Shown: piece after piece, positions 52,754 through 62,895 of the stretch
How the letters are laid out: each line of letters opens with the position of its first letter
How positions within the stretch are numbered: position 1 is the first letter of the stretch
Source: an uncultured Gemmatimonadota bacterium
Lineage (GTDB): Bacteria > SM23-81 > DAOVCL01
Length of the DNA stretch: 64,000 nucleotides
Direction: 5' to 3'
NCBI GenBank assembly: GCA_964626665.1
Contig: CAZVGK010000014.1
Location: forward strand, 14,926-78,925
The notes under the pieces: generated by a model
The model's input: the letters and a program-made list of their open reading frames with translations, nothing else
Databases searched by the model: none
Told to the model about the DNA's origin: nothing
Made by a program: the position numbers and the translations under genes

Positions 52754-53449
52754 TTACCCCCTCTCCAATTGGGCCCGCAGAAGCTTCAGATCCTCCCAAG
52801 CTGGTCTCTTAAAGTGGGGATTACGCAAAAGGGCAGCAGGGTGGTAAGTGACCAAAAGCCTCCTCCCCTGGAATGGGTGAAAGAATCCCCGCAGCTCTCC
52901 CAAGCTTCGCTTGGTATCTAAAAGGGTCTGAGCAGCGATCCTGCCCAGGGCGCAAATGACCTGAGGATTAATGATCTCTATCTGTTCATCCAAATAGGGG
53001 CGACAGAGAACTACCTCAGAGGGAAGCGGGTCCCTGTTCCCCGGTGGGCGACACTTGAGGATGTTCGCTATGTAAATATCTGACCTGGCCAAGTCAATGG
53101 ATTCCAGCATCTTAGTGAGGAGCTGTCCTGCCTTGCCTACAAATGGCCGGCCCAACCTGTCCTCATCTGCTCCCGGCGCCTCCCCTACAAAGAGAAGTTC
53201 TGCCTGAGGATTCCCCTCCCCAAAGACCAAGTTTTTCCTAGCCTTACCCAACTGACACCTCTGACAATCCTTTATCCGCTCATAAAGCCCTTCCAGCTTG
53301 GCCTGAGGGGAACCTTCAACCCTCCGGGGGGAAGGGGATGGGGAGAGATACACCTCCTTATAGCCCAATTCTATCTGCTGGGTTATATAGTTGCGGAGAA
53401 GGTGAAGGGCTTCTTGGTCTAATGAAGGATCTCGGTTATCCGATCCCAT
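52754..53449 (-). CDS. udg: Uracil-DNA glycosylase family 4
   Basis: GEAPG, KCRPPGNR, YHPAALL. Confidence 0.93.
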   Translation of the reverse strand: MGSDNRDPSLDQEALHLLRNYITQQIELGYKEVYLSPSPSPRRVEGSPQAKLEGLYERIKDCQRCQLGKARKNLVFGEGNPQAELLFVGEAPGADEDRLGRPFVGKAGQLLTKMLESIDLARSDIYIANILKCRPPGNRDPLPSEVVLCRPYLDEQIEIINPQVICALGRIAAQTLLDTKRSLGELRGFFHPFQGRRLLVTYHPAALLRNPHFKRPAWEDLKLLRAQLERG

Positions 53450-54612
53450 ATCCTTTCCGCCACCTCCAATTTGGGCAGTTTAGGCAAAGGCTCTGTCCTC
53501 CCATCCTTCCAGATAAGGGTGACCACATTTGTCTCCACCTCAAAGCCTGCCCCCTCCTGAGTAAGATCGTTGAACACGATGAGATCAAGGTTCTTCTCCT
53601 GCAGCTTTCTTCTAGCCCTATTCAGACCGTCCCCGGTCTCTAAGGCAAACCCCACCAAAAACTTATCCCCCTTTTCTTCAGCTACCTCTTTAAGTATATC
53701 AGGAGTGGGCTCGAGTTTTAAGCTTAGCTCTCCCCTACTCAGCTTCTTTTGAGGCACACTCTGGGGTTTAAAATCGGCTACCGCGGCAGCCATCGCCAGG
53801 ATATCCGCCATCGGGAAACTTTCCCTTACCCTCTCCCTCATCTCCTGGGTGGTGCGCACCATCTGCAGGTTTACCTCAAAAGGCGGAGGGAGAATTGAAG
53901 GGCCGCTAACTAAGGTGACCTCCCCACCCCGCCACCTGGCCACCTGGGCCAGGCTGTAGCCCATTCTTCCCGAGGAACGGTTGGTCAAGACCCGCACCGG
54001 GTCCAAATCCTCCTCCGTCCTCCCCGCAGTAACGAGCACCTTCTTGCCCAAAAGGTCCTTTTTTGGATAAAGGATTTCTTTAATTTTCCCCAATATCTCC
54101 CCAATTTCTATAAATCTACCTCTCCCTATCTTTCCTGAAGCCAACCCACCAAAGCCTGGTCCACTGAAGTGAAATCCAAATTCCTTAAGCTTCGTGACAT
54201 TGGATTGCAGAAGGGGGTTTTCCCACATACCAGAGTCCATCGCTGGGGAAATAACCTTGGGGACCTGAGAGGCCAGACAGACGCTGGTAAGCAGATCATC
54301 GGCCAGGCCTGAGGCTAACCTGGAGATGCTATCTGCCGTGGCTGGACCAATGAGGACCAGATCCCCCCATTGGGCTAAGCTTATGTGCTCAGGCACCCAT
54401 TGTTGGTTTAGGCTAAAGAGATCAGCGTAAACAGGGTGACCAGAGAGGGTCTGAAAGGTGAGAGGGGTGACAAACTCCTGGGCAGCCGCGGTCATCACCA
54501 CCTTCACCTCGGCTCCTTCCCTTCTTAGTTCCCGCACCAGCTCACCCCCCTTATAGGCTGCTATGCTGCCTGTGATGCCTACTATTATGCGCTTGTCTTG
54601 TAGGGGATTCAT
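53419..54612 (-). CDS. coaBC: Phosphopantothenoylcysteine decarboxylase/ligase
   Basis: TGSIAAYK, DPVR..NRSSG, AAVAD, GFALE. Confidence 0.97.
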   Translation of the reverse strand: MNPLQDKRIIVGITGSIAAYKGGELVRELRREGAEVKVVMTAAAQEFVTPLTFQTLSGHPVYADLFSLNQQWVPEHISLAQWGDLVLIGPATADSISRLASGLADDLLTSVCLASQVPKVISPAMDSGMWENPLLQSNVTKLKEFGFHFSGPGFGGLASGKIGRGRFIEIGEILGKIKEILYPKKDLLGKKVLVTAGRTEEDLDPVRVLTNRSSGRMGYSLAQVARWRGGEVTLVSGPSILPPPFEVNLQMVRTTQEMRERVRESFPMADILAMAAAVADFKPQSVPQKKLSRGELSLKLEPTPDILKEVAEEKGDKFLVGFALETGDGLNRARRKLQEKNLDLIVFNDLTQEGAGFEVETNVVTLIWKDGRTEPLPKLPKLEVAERIWDRITEILH

Positions 54613-54729
54613 CTTCGGTTAATTTTAAGTTGTTAATTGCTAATTGACCATTGCCCATTAGATGTTGCAGATCCGAATTATTCATAAACTGATGATGAAT
54701 TCGTTATTTAAAGGTGCCCCTATTCCTCC

Positions 54730-54832
54730 GTAGGGACAGACCTTCAGGTCTGTCCGTCCCTTTCGGACAGGGCTAAAGCCCTGTCCCGACAAGGAGGCCT
54801 AAAGGCCCTGAACCCGCACTAAAGTGCGGTAG
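54730..54832. repeat. GTAG-type REP-like hairpin cluster
   Basis: GTAGGGACAGACC-TTCA-GGTCTGTCC paired with GGACAGGGC-TAAA-GCCCTGTCC; 54796-54832 is identical to 21555-21591. Confidence 0.75.
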
Positions 54833-55026
54833 GAGTGGGCTGCTTAAGCCCACCTGGAAAACTTTGCTCGAAAAACGATATCTTGCAAGTTTGTGGCATA
54901 GATTACACAAAAATCTTCAGTTTAGATAATTTGGAATTTGACCATTGGGATTTGTTTCGGATTTCGACATTCGGATTTAGAGTTTCCTTACTCGCTTCAC
55001 GCTCCTCGGTTTGAAGCAAAGCTTCG

Positions 55027-55548
55027 CTAACCTTTCGTGGAAAATCTTCCTCTTATATATTCCAGAACCTTATTCCCCTCCCCCTTTCTCATCTGCAAGA
55101 TCTCCACTTCAGGACGGGTCCTCACCCTCTCCACAAAGGGGTGAGCTCCCCTGTAGATCGTCCCCAAAAGGGGCTTTGGGGAGTTCAGACATTTAACCAC
55201 CACCTCCCTGAATTGGGGGGATAAAAGCTCCATCTTCCCTATCTCATCGACAACCAAGAGATCGGCTCGCACCAAAGCTTCCTCTAAGCTACCCACCCCA
55301 ATGGAGTTCAGATCCCTCAGGTTCACCCCGTATCTCCCCACCTTGGGCCCATAATCTATCCCTAAATGGGCTAAAACTCCCTCCCTTCCATCAAGGGTGA
55401 TGAGTTTAAACCCCTCCCTTCTTCTTTCCCTTATCTCCTGGGTATAGAAGCCACCGGCTCTCAGTTTCGTTTCCGCGATAAACTCCTTAATCAAGGTGGT
55501 CTTGCCACATCCAGGCGGGCCCGTAATCAGCAACTTGACCTTGCTCAA
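55027..55548 (-). CDS. Nucleoside-triphosphatase (THEP1/NTPase_1)
   Basis: GPPGCGKTT, GGFYTQE, DEIGKME. Confidence 0.92.
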   Translation of the reverse strand: MSKVKLLITGPPGCGKTTLIKEFIAETKLRAGGFYTQEIRERRREGFKLITLDGREGVLAHLGIDYGPKVGRYGVNLRDLNSIGVGSLEEALVRADLLVVDEIGKMELLSPQFREVVVKCLNSPKPLLGTIYRGAHPFVERVRTRPEVEILQMRKGEGNKVLEYIRGRFSTKG

Positions 55549-57071
55549 TGCCTAAAATGCCGCACCCCGGTAAAGACCATAGCCAAATCCTGTTCATCGG
55601 CGGCAGCTATCGCCTCGTCATCCCTCTTGGAGCCTCCAGGCTGGATTATGGCTTTTACCCCCGCCTTAGCCGCCTCATCGATCCCATCTCTCATCGGAAA
55701 GAAGGCATCAGAGGCCAAAACAGCCCCTTTGGCCCTCTCCCCTGCTTTGTGCGCTGCGATAATCACCGCATCCACCCGGCTGGGCTGACCAGCCCCTATG
55801 CCCACCGTCCTCTTATCCTGAACCAGGACTATAGCATTCGATTTGATGTGCTTGACCACCTGAAAGGCAAAAAGGAGCGAATCTACCTCCCTTGGGGTGG
55901 GTTCCTTCTTGGTCACCACCCGCAGATCGTTTGGGGAGACCGCTCTTAAATCCTCATCCTGAAGGAGAGCCCCTCCCCTGATAAATCTTAGCTCCTCCCC
56001 CTGCCCCTTCTTTAACCCTCCACAGCGCAAAAACCTGCGGTTCTTCTTCTGCCTTAAGAGGTTAAGGGCTGCAGGTTCATAATCAGGAGCTAAGCAACAC
56101 TCCACAAACCCGGTTTGGTCAATTAAACGGGCAGTCTGCAGGTCGACCTGACGATTTAAACCGATCACGGAACCATAGGCTGATAGGGGGTCACCATCTA
56201 AGGCACCCTGGTAGGCCTGGGCCAAGCTTGGTGCGGCAGCGGCTCCACAGGGGCTGGCGTGTTTAAAGATGGCCACAAAAGGCTCCTCAAAGTCGAGAAT
56301 CATTCCCAAGGCAGCATCTAAGTCCCTCAGGTTGTTGAAGGAAAGGGGTTTGCCAGAGAGCTTCTCCGCGGAGGCCACACTTGTCCCGGTGAAGGTGGGA
56401 TCCCGGTAGAGGCTGGCCCTCTGATGGGGGTTCTCCCCATACCTGAGCTCCTCGATCTTCTGGAAATAAAGGTCTAAGGTAGGGGATGAATCCCCCAAAA
56501 GCCAACCATAGATCAACTGGTCATATTCCTGAGTTAGACGAAAGGCCTCTTGAGCCAACTTGCGCCTAGTCTCCAAGGAGAGCTCTCCATCCATAGCCTT
56601 AATCTCAGAGAGGACCTCCCCATACTGGTCAGGACTGGTGAGCACAACCACCCCCAGGTAGTTCTTGGCTGCGGCCCTTACCGCAGATGGACCACCAATA
56701 TCAATACTCTCCAAAATCTTATCAGGTTGAGCTTGATATTTTCTGCTTATTTCCTTAAAAGGATAAAAGTTACAGACAACCATATCTATTGGTTTTATCC
56801 CCCTCTCGGCAAGCTCCTTGAGGTGCCCGGGATCTGATCTGTCAGCCAATATCCCCGCATGGACAAGGGGGTGCAAACTCTTCACCCTCCCTCCTAAAAT
56901 AGAGGGCCAACCGGTAAGCTCCTCCAAGTCCTTGGTCTCGATTCCCTTTCCCCGAAGGAAATTCGCGGTCCCCCCGGTGGAGATTATCTCCACCCCCAGT
57001 TCCTTGAGCCCCTGGGCAAACTCGCCCAGACCGCTTTTGTCATAAGTGGTTATAAATGCCCTTTTAATCAA
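55545..57071 (-). CDS. purH: Bifunctional AICAR formyltransferase/IMP cyclohydrolase
   Basis: STGGT, IDIGGP, LRYGENPHQ, SDAFFP. Confidence 0.98.
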   Translation of the reverse strand: MIKRAFITTYDKSGLGEFAQGLKELGVEIISTGGTANFLRGKGIETKDLEELTGWPSILGGRVKSLHPLVHAGILADRSDPGHLKELAERGIKPIDMVVCNFYPFKEISRKYQAQPDKILESIDIGGPSAVRAAAKNYLGVVVLTSPDQYGEVLSEIKAMDGELSLETRRKLAQEAFRLTQEYDQLIYGWLLGDSSPTLDLYFQKIEELRYGENPHQRASLYRDPTFTGTSVASAEKLSGKPLSFNNLRDLDAALGMILDFEEPFVAIFKHASPCGAAAAPSLAQAYQGALDGDPLSAYGSVIGLNRQVDLQTARLIDQTGFVECCLAPDYEPAALNLLRQKKNRRFLRCGGLKKGQGEELRFIRGGALLQDEDLRAVSPNDLRVVTKKEPTPREVDSLLFAFQVVKHIKSNAIVLVQDKRTVGIGAGQPSRVDAVIIAAHKAGERAKGAVLASDAFFPMRDGIDEAAKAGVKAIIQPGGSKRDDEAIAAADEQDLAMVFTGVRHFRH

Positions 57072-57086
57072 TCCCTCCTCCTTGGT

Positions 57087-57475
57087 TTAGCTGCCTGCGG
57101 CGGCTCTTTTTTGCCGGGATAAACAGGATTTACTGGATTTTTATCCCAGATCCCCTGTAGGAAAACACCAAATGACACCGAACCAACCGTAAAACTATCC
57201 CAAAATATGCAGGAACCACAGATGAACACAGATTTTCACAGATTATATAAGAATCTTCATGAATATAGGCTTTCATCTTTTAGGTGAAAATAGAGGCTAA
57301 ACTAAATTTTTAAAAGCTCTCTATTTTGAATATCTGGTGATAATCCTGTGAAATCTCGTGGTTTCCTAATGCATAATCTGGGATTATCATTCATCTTAGA
57401 ATTTCACTTAAATTCGATGACTTTCGGTGTTTATTTATCCTGATTATCCTGTCAACCCCGTCCAAAATGGAAATT
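57087..57475 (+). repeat. Family A copy containing a complete family B element (57199-57382)
   Basis: A ends as at 5266-5530; B is actat|CCCAAAATAT...ATAATCTGGG|attat. Confidence 0.8.
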
Positions 57476-57478
57476 TTT

Positions 57479-58360
57479 CTACTCTGAAATTAGCCTCTTC
57501 AATGCCTCGGCATACCTCCTGATAAGCTCCTCCCCCACCTGAGGGGGAAGTTCTGGGGCCGGGCCTTCACCCTGCCAACCTACGGAAGAAAGATAGTCCC
57601 TCAGGTACTGTTTGTCAAAACCCTTCTGAGGCTTCCCTGGTTGGTATTTCTCCTCAAGCCAATAGCGGGAAGAGTCCGGGGAAAGGGCCTCATCTATCCA
57701 GAGAAGTTCCCCGTCGAGGATGCCAAACTCAAATTTAGTGTCGGCCAAGATCAACCCCTTGGAGAGCGAATAGGATAGTGCCTCCCTGTAGAGCCTTAGG
57801 CTTGTCTGCCTGAGCATCACCGCCCTCTCCTCCCCAATTAGCTCTACCAATTGGGAGAAGCTAATGTTCAGGTCATGCCCTCTGGCTGCCTTAGTTGTCG
57901 GAGTAAAGATCGGCTGGGAAAGCCGCTCCGCCTCCCGCAGGTGGGGAGGAAGCTTTACCCCACAGACCTCTCCCCTCTTCTGATATTCCCTCCAACCAGA
58001 TCCGGCCAGCCAACCCCGCATGATGCACTCGACATCAATCCTTTCCGCCTTGGCCACCAGCATCGACCTTTGGGAAAGGATCTCCCCATATCCTTTCAAA
58101 CGATCTGGATATTGTTTAATATCAGAGGTTAGGAGATGATTTTTAACAATATTCTTTAAGCGTTTAAACCAGAAAAGGGAAAACTTGGTAAGGATCTTCC
58201 CCCTCCCTGGTATGGGGGTGGGAAGGATGGAGTCAAAGGCCGAGACCCTGTCTGTGGCTACAATCAATAACCTGGAACCAAGGTCAAAGACCTCCCTCAC
58301 CTTCCCCTTAGTGAAACTCCTCAGCCCAGGGATCTTAACCTGGGTTAGGCCTTCCTCCAA
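57479..58360 (-). CDS. purC: SAICAR synthase
   Basis: GKVRE, TDRVSAFD, ADTKFEFG, PDSSR. Confidence 0.97.
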   Translation of the reverse strand: MEEGLTQVKIPGLRSFTKGKVREVFDLGSRLLIVATDRVSAFDSILPTPIPGRGKILTKFSLFWFKRLKNIVKNHLLTSDIKQYPDRLKGYGEILSQRSMLVAKAERIDVECIMRGWLAGSGWREYQKRGEVCGVKLPPHLREAERLSQPIFTPTTKAARGHDLNISFSQLVELIGEERAVMLRQTSLRLYREALSYSLSKGLILADTKFEFGILDGELLWIDEALSPDSSRYWLEEKYQPGKPQKGFDKQYLRDYLSSVGWQGEGPAPELPPQVGEELIRRYAEALKRLISE

Positions 58361-58979
58361 TTCTTACCCTCCTTCCCTCTACTTTTATTCTTCCCTGAGC
58401 AAAGAGCTCGATGGCTTCCGGGTAAAGCTTGTGCTCAACCTCTAAGACTCTCTGGGAGAGGCTCTCGGCATCGTCATTCTCCAATACAGGCACTGCCCTC
58501 TGCAGAACGATGGGCCCATGATCATACTGCTCATCAACTATATGCACGGTCACGCCGGTGAGCTTCACCCCATATTCAATCACCGCCTGGTGCACCCTTT
58601 GACCATACATCCCTTTCCCCCCAAATGAGGGAAGAAGGGCAGGATGAATATTCAAGATTCTATTCCTATAAGCACCGATCACCTTTGGGCTAAGTATCTT
58701 CATATACCCGGCTAAGCAAACTAACTTCACTTCCCTCTCTTGCAGGACCTGAAGAAGTTTCCCCTCGAACTCCTCCGGGGAGGCAAATTGCCTATGGCTC
58801 AGATGGAGACCAAAGAGACCTTCCTTTCTTGCCCTCCGCAAAGCCCCAGAGCCAGTGTTGTTGCTAATTACTGCCCTAATTTCGGCCTTAAGCTTACCTT
58901 CCTTAATGGCATCAATTATGGCCTGCAGGTTTGTTCCCTCTCCTGAGGCCAGGACAGCTATCTTCAAAGGCTCATCCAT
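58335..58979 (-). CDS. purN: Phosphoribosylglycinamide formyltransferase
   Basis: SGEGTNLQA, LNIHPALLP; probable start MDEP. Confidence 0.96.
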   Translation of the reverse strand: MDEPLKIAVLASGEGTNLQAIIDAIKEGKLKAEIRAVISNNTGSGALRRARKEGLFGLHLSHRQFASPEEFEGKLLQVLQEREVKLVCLAGYMKILSPKVIGAYRNRILNIHPALLPSFGGKGMYGQRVHQAVIEYGVKLTGVTVHIVDEQYDHGPIVLQRAVPVLENDDAESLSQRVLEVEHKLYPEAIELFAQGRIKVEGRRVRIGGRPNPG

Positions 58980-59212
58980 CTCCCTTACTATACCAATTCT
59001 CCCCTCCAAAATCAAATCATTTTTCAAAAAAAATGGAAGAGCATCCCTGCCGCTCCTCTTCTGCTATCCCCCACTGTTTTTGCTAAAACAAATCCTGGAA
59101 CAGGAATCCCACAAATTGACGAATAGCACAAATCTCCTGTGCCAAATTTTAAACCTCCCGCAGATTTCGAATCTGCGGGAGGTTACTAGCCCAAATCATT
59201 CATGAGCTGAAA

Positions 59213-59371
59213 ATGAATCTCCCCGCAGCAGAGCTGCGGGGTATCTGTGACGCAAATTCTCGCACCTTTGTCGCTCGAATTTGCTTTGCAGCGTCTAAAG
59301 ACGCTGCTTACCCCTCCACCCCACGATTCATCCCCGCAGCAAGCTGCGGGGCATTCTCGATGATTTAGTAA
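59213..59371 (+). mobile_element. IS200/IS605-end-like palindromic mini-element
   Basis: CCCCGCAGC-AGA-GCTGCGGGG ... ATTCATCCCCGCAGC-AA-GCTGCGGGGCATTCT. Confidence 0.65.
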
Positions 59372-59505
59372 ATAATAAAAGTGGCAAAAGTTTAGAAATA
59401 TTCCCTATACAAGATCAAGTTTTGATCCTTAAAAAATATACGCCAAATTTATTTCGAAAACACCTTAACTCCTTTACCTCGGCAAAAGTAGCTCATACAC
59501 CTCTC

Positions 59506-60975
59506 TTAAAAATAGGCAGTAACATCAATCCCATATTTATCCGCATCCAGGGATTTAACGATAGTTCTTTTCAAACCATCAGGTTCTCCAGCAGGCGAAG
59601 CTAGATCTATAATAAGGCCATCTATCTTCTCCCCGGACTTTTTCGTAATCAACTTTACCTTAGGGGAGTCCAGATGGGCTGGGTCCTGATTTGTCTCCAG
59701 CACTATTGCCAATTCCCCGGTATTCAAAAGGAGGAGGGTTCCAATGGGATAGAGCCCAAGCATACTGATAAACGCCTTCAGCAATAATGGATCAAATTTC
59801 TTGCCGGATTCCTTCATCATCTCTCCCAACACCTCATTCCTTCTGTAAGGTTTCCTCCGATAAACCCTCGATGTAGTCATAGCATCAAAGACATCGGCAA
59901 TGGCAATGATCTCACTGAACAGATTTATCCGCCTCTTGATTGATATTTTCGGATAACCGGAGAGGTTTGCCCCCATATGATGCTCCAAGGCGACAATAAT
60001 GGCCCTAATGGGGAGTTTACTAAACCCCTTGATGCGGGTGAGCATTTCAGCCCCTTGATAAGGGTGCCTCCTGAGCACCTCATATTCCTCCGCAGAGAGC
60101 CTATCAGGTTTTGTGAGGATCTCCTTAGGCACGTTCACTTTGCCGATATCGTGAAAGAGGGCAGCAATACCAAGGTCTGCTAATCTCTTCCTTTCCATCC
60201 CCATCCTATAGCCAAGTGCAGTAGAGAGGACACAGACGTTTACAGAGTGATTAAGGGTGTAATCATAATGGTCTTTTATATTCGTTAGCGCCAACATATA
60301 CGCCTCATCGTCAATCACCGAATCGACTATGGTCTGGACCAGTCTGCGCACAACTTTGGCTTGCCCCCTCTGTGGTAGCTGGGTGTCACTCATCATATCT
60401 TTTAAAAACATAATGCTCTTCGAGTACATCTGCTTACCAACATTCCGAAGGGTGGAGATTTTCCGAAAATCTTCCCTTTCCCTTTGTGGTTCTTGTAGAT
60501 GAATTTTAACGACACCTTGGGCTTTCAACTCATTCTCTATATCACTAAGCTTTTTCGATGGATCACCCAACGATTTTGCAAAGACGGCCAGAAAACCTTT
60601 GAATTCGTCCTCTTGAAAATTGCCCTCAAACCAAACCTTACCCACTTCGGATTTGATGAACCCATCCATCAAGAAGCGATAGGCGGGGTAGGAAGCAAAG
60701 TCCATGGGGAGCCTGAGGCCATTAAAAAAGAGATGATTGGCCGCTACCTCCACCGCGGCTTCACCCTCCATGCGGAATATTTCCCTGAGGGTGTCATCCA
60801 AGGCCTGGGCATGCTCTAAGAACACATCATTGTTGAGATCATAAATTTGAGCGGTCTTCAGGGAGGAGATGAATGTGTTCAAGAACTTTTTCCCCATCTC
60901 AATGGCCTTCCTATCGGCGGAGAACTCAATTGTAGGTAACCGATCAGGCCTATCCGGGGCGGCATCCGGATTCAT
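59506..60975 (-). CDS. HD-GYP domain phosphodiesterase
   Basis: YTLNHS, HDIGK, HH...SGYP, ADVFDAMT..R.Y; probable start MNPD. Confidence 0.9.
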   Translation of the reverse strand: MNPDAAPDRPDRLPTIEFSADRKAIEMGKKFLNTFISSLKTAQIYDLNNDVFLEHAQALDDTLREIFRMEGEAAVEVAANHLFFNGLRLPMDFASYPAYRFLMDGFIKSEVGKVWFEGNFQEDEFKGFLAVFAKSLGDPSKKLSDIENELKAQGVVKIHLQEPQREREDFRKISTLRNVGKQMYSKSIMFLKDMMSDTQLPQRGQAKVVRRLVQTIVDSVIDDEAYMLALTNIKDHYDYTLNHSVNVCVLSTALGYRMGMERKRLADLGIAALFHDIGKVNVPKEILTKPDRLSAEEYEVLRRHPYQGAEMLTRIKGFSKLPIRAIIVALEHHMGANLSGYPKISIKRRINLFSEIIAIADVFDAMTTSRVYRRKPYRRNEVLGEMMKESGKKFDPLLLKAFISMLGLYPIGTLLLLNTGELAIVLETNQDPAHLDSPKVKLITKKSGEKIDGLIIDLASPAGEPDGLKRTIVKSLDADKYGIDVTAYF

Positions 60976-62729
60976 AGTTCCTTCCCTTTCTCCCCTTCTG
61001 GATTCGTTTCCCCGACCCTCTGAAGGGCAGTTTTGCACGCATTCCGCACCTTTCTATTTCTCATCCGTGTCCCCTCTACCAGGGTTTTCCTGGCAGACTC
61101 CGTTGCTATGCTGGCCAAGGCCAGGACCACATATGCCTTGAACTCGTTACTGTCTCCCCTTCTAAACCAGCTTCTTTGGTGAAGCGAATTCCCCAGTGTA
61201 GCGACGGCGTTTTCCGAACCGGCCTTCCGCAGGATATCTACCAAGGCCTTCCTTTCCCTGATACCCCTTTTCCTAAACTCCTTCTGGTGGATTAACCTGC
61301 AGACAAACTCAACAGCTTCCGGGTCTGGATCGCCAAAACCCTTTGCCGTGAGAATACGAACAGCGGGGTTGGGGTCAAGGAGGAATTTAGATAAGAGCGG
61401 ATTTACAGCTATTTCTCCAATCTGGGATAGGGCCCGCACCGTCTCCCGGCGCACATCTGTATCCGGATGATGAAGGCACCGCTCCAGATATGGGATTGCT
61501 TTCCCCCCAACCTGCCCCAAAATGGACACGATTTGCTTTACAAGCTGGGTTCGGCTGTCAGAAACCCATTCCCCTAAATAATCAACGCTTTCCCGTCCAA
61601 ATTCCACGAGAAGATCGCACACCTTCGGGGGCATTTCTTGATTTTCCCTCCGCATAAGGAGATCAATGAGGATAGGGGTAGAACTTGCCCCTAAGAAGGA
61701 GGTGTATTTCAGAAGATCATCCCCGGATCCAATGGCTCCTCTGCGGAGTAGCCGCCTGATTTTTTCGATCGATTCCGGACTGCGGGCCATCTTCAGGACG
61801 GTTTCCACCAAAATCCTGTATTTCGCTGGCTGCAGAGAGGAAGAGTCTTGGATTTCATTGAGGGCAAAGAAAATCTGACAGGCTGTGCCAAACTCAGCAT
61901 TAGAGATCAGTTCGGAGAGGAACCTCTCCAAAACCTGAAGAATGGAGGTGTATTTCTCTGGTTCGTCTTCGAGAACAAGCAGGTCAAAAAGGGCTTGGGC
62001 AAACTCGCGTGGGGGATTGAAATTTCTCCCATCCTCCTCAACGATTTCCTTAATCTTCCTTAGATCTTTATCGTCAAGCAACAAAGGGGAACCCATCTCC
62101 AAGGATGTATCCATCCCTTCCCCTGCCCACCGGGGCAGACCAGAGCTCTGCTTCACATCTTCCTCTTGCAGGGCGATCCTTCCAGAGGAGACTGGGGAGG
62201 CCACCTCAGGGGATGGCTTGAAAGGGGTCTCAGAATCTACCTCCCCAGGTTCCAACAGATCAGCAAATAACTCATCTATGGCCACATAGCTTATGTGGTG
62301 GAAATCCCTCTCCCAAAGGGAGCTGACCACATCCGTCTCCTCAGACCCCTGCCAATTCTCAGCCAGAGCTCCTAAGAACCCATTCAGCTCCTCTGGGGTG
62401 AGCCCTTCATAAAAGGAGATCTCCCTTAAACCATCCCGGTAAAGGAGAAAGGCCAAATTATTACTTCTGTTTCCCCCCTCGTAGATAACCTGGTCATCAA
62501 CCTTCAGGGCAGATTCTGCAATCTTTATGGTGAGGACATCATTCGTGGCCAGATAGGATTGGAATTCCTTGTTAAGAAGCTCCTTCTGACCTTTAATCAC
62601 CGGACTGTTTACGGGATACACCTTGATGGACTTCAAGGTTTTTGCCGTAAGCAGCAACAAATTTTTGGCCGGGGATAGGCTATCCCGCTCGAGTGCTAAA
62701 TCGGACAATTTGGTTTCTACACTATTCAT
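60972..62729 (-). CDS. HEAT-repeat protein
   Basis: LHHPDTDVRRETVRAL, LLDPNPAVR; probable start MNSV; coupled to the HD-GYP gene. Confidence 0.85.
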   Translation of the reverse strand: MNSVETKLSDLALERDSLSPAKNLLLLTAKTLKSIKVYPVNSPVIKGQKELLNKEFQSYLATNDVLTIKIAESALKVDDQVIYEGGNRSNNLAFLLYRDGLREISFYEGLTPEELNGFLGALAENWQGSEETDVVSSLWERDFHHISYVAIDELFADLLEPGEVDSETPFKPSPEVASPVSSGRIALQEEDVKQSSGLPRWAGEGMDTSLEMGSPLLLDDKDLRKIKEIVEEDGRNFNPPREFAQALFDLLVLEDEPEKYTSILQVLERFLSELISNAEFGTACQIFFALNEIQDSSSLQPAKYRILVETVLKMARSPESIEKIRRLLRRGAIGSGDDLLKYTSFLGASSTPILIDLLMRRENQEMPPKVCDLLVEFGRESVDYLGEWVSDSRTQLVKQIVSILGQVGGKAIPYLERCLHHPDTDVRRETVRALSQIGEIAVNPLLSKFLLDPNPAVRILTAKGFGDPDPEAVEFVCRLIHQKEFRKRGIRERKALVDILRKAGSENAVATLGNSLHQRSWFRRGDSNEFKAYVVLALASIATESARKTLVEGTRMRNRKVRNACKTALQRVGETNPEGEKGKEL

Positions 62730-62895
62730 AGCATTATACGCCAAAGAACCACGAGATTTCACAGAAGCTGAGCGGTAAGATCCCCTGATCTGACTGGAGC
62801 AGAACAGTGATTCTACCACCTCGCTCTTGAAAAAACAATTTCTTAAAAACTTTCCTATCTCCTATGAAAATCAGGGGTTTACTTAGACCTTGGTA

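Noticed and set aside
59030..59500. Purine or ZTP riboswitch upstream of purN
   Set aside because: No recognisable aptamer motifs; the hairpins belong to repeat families.
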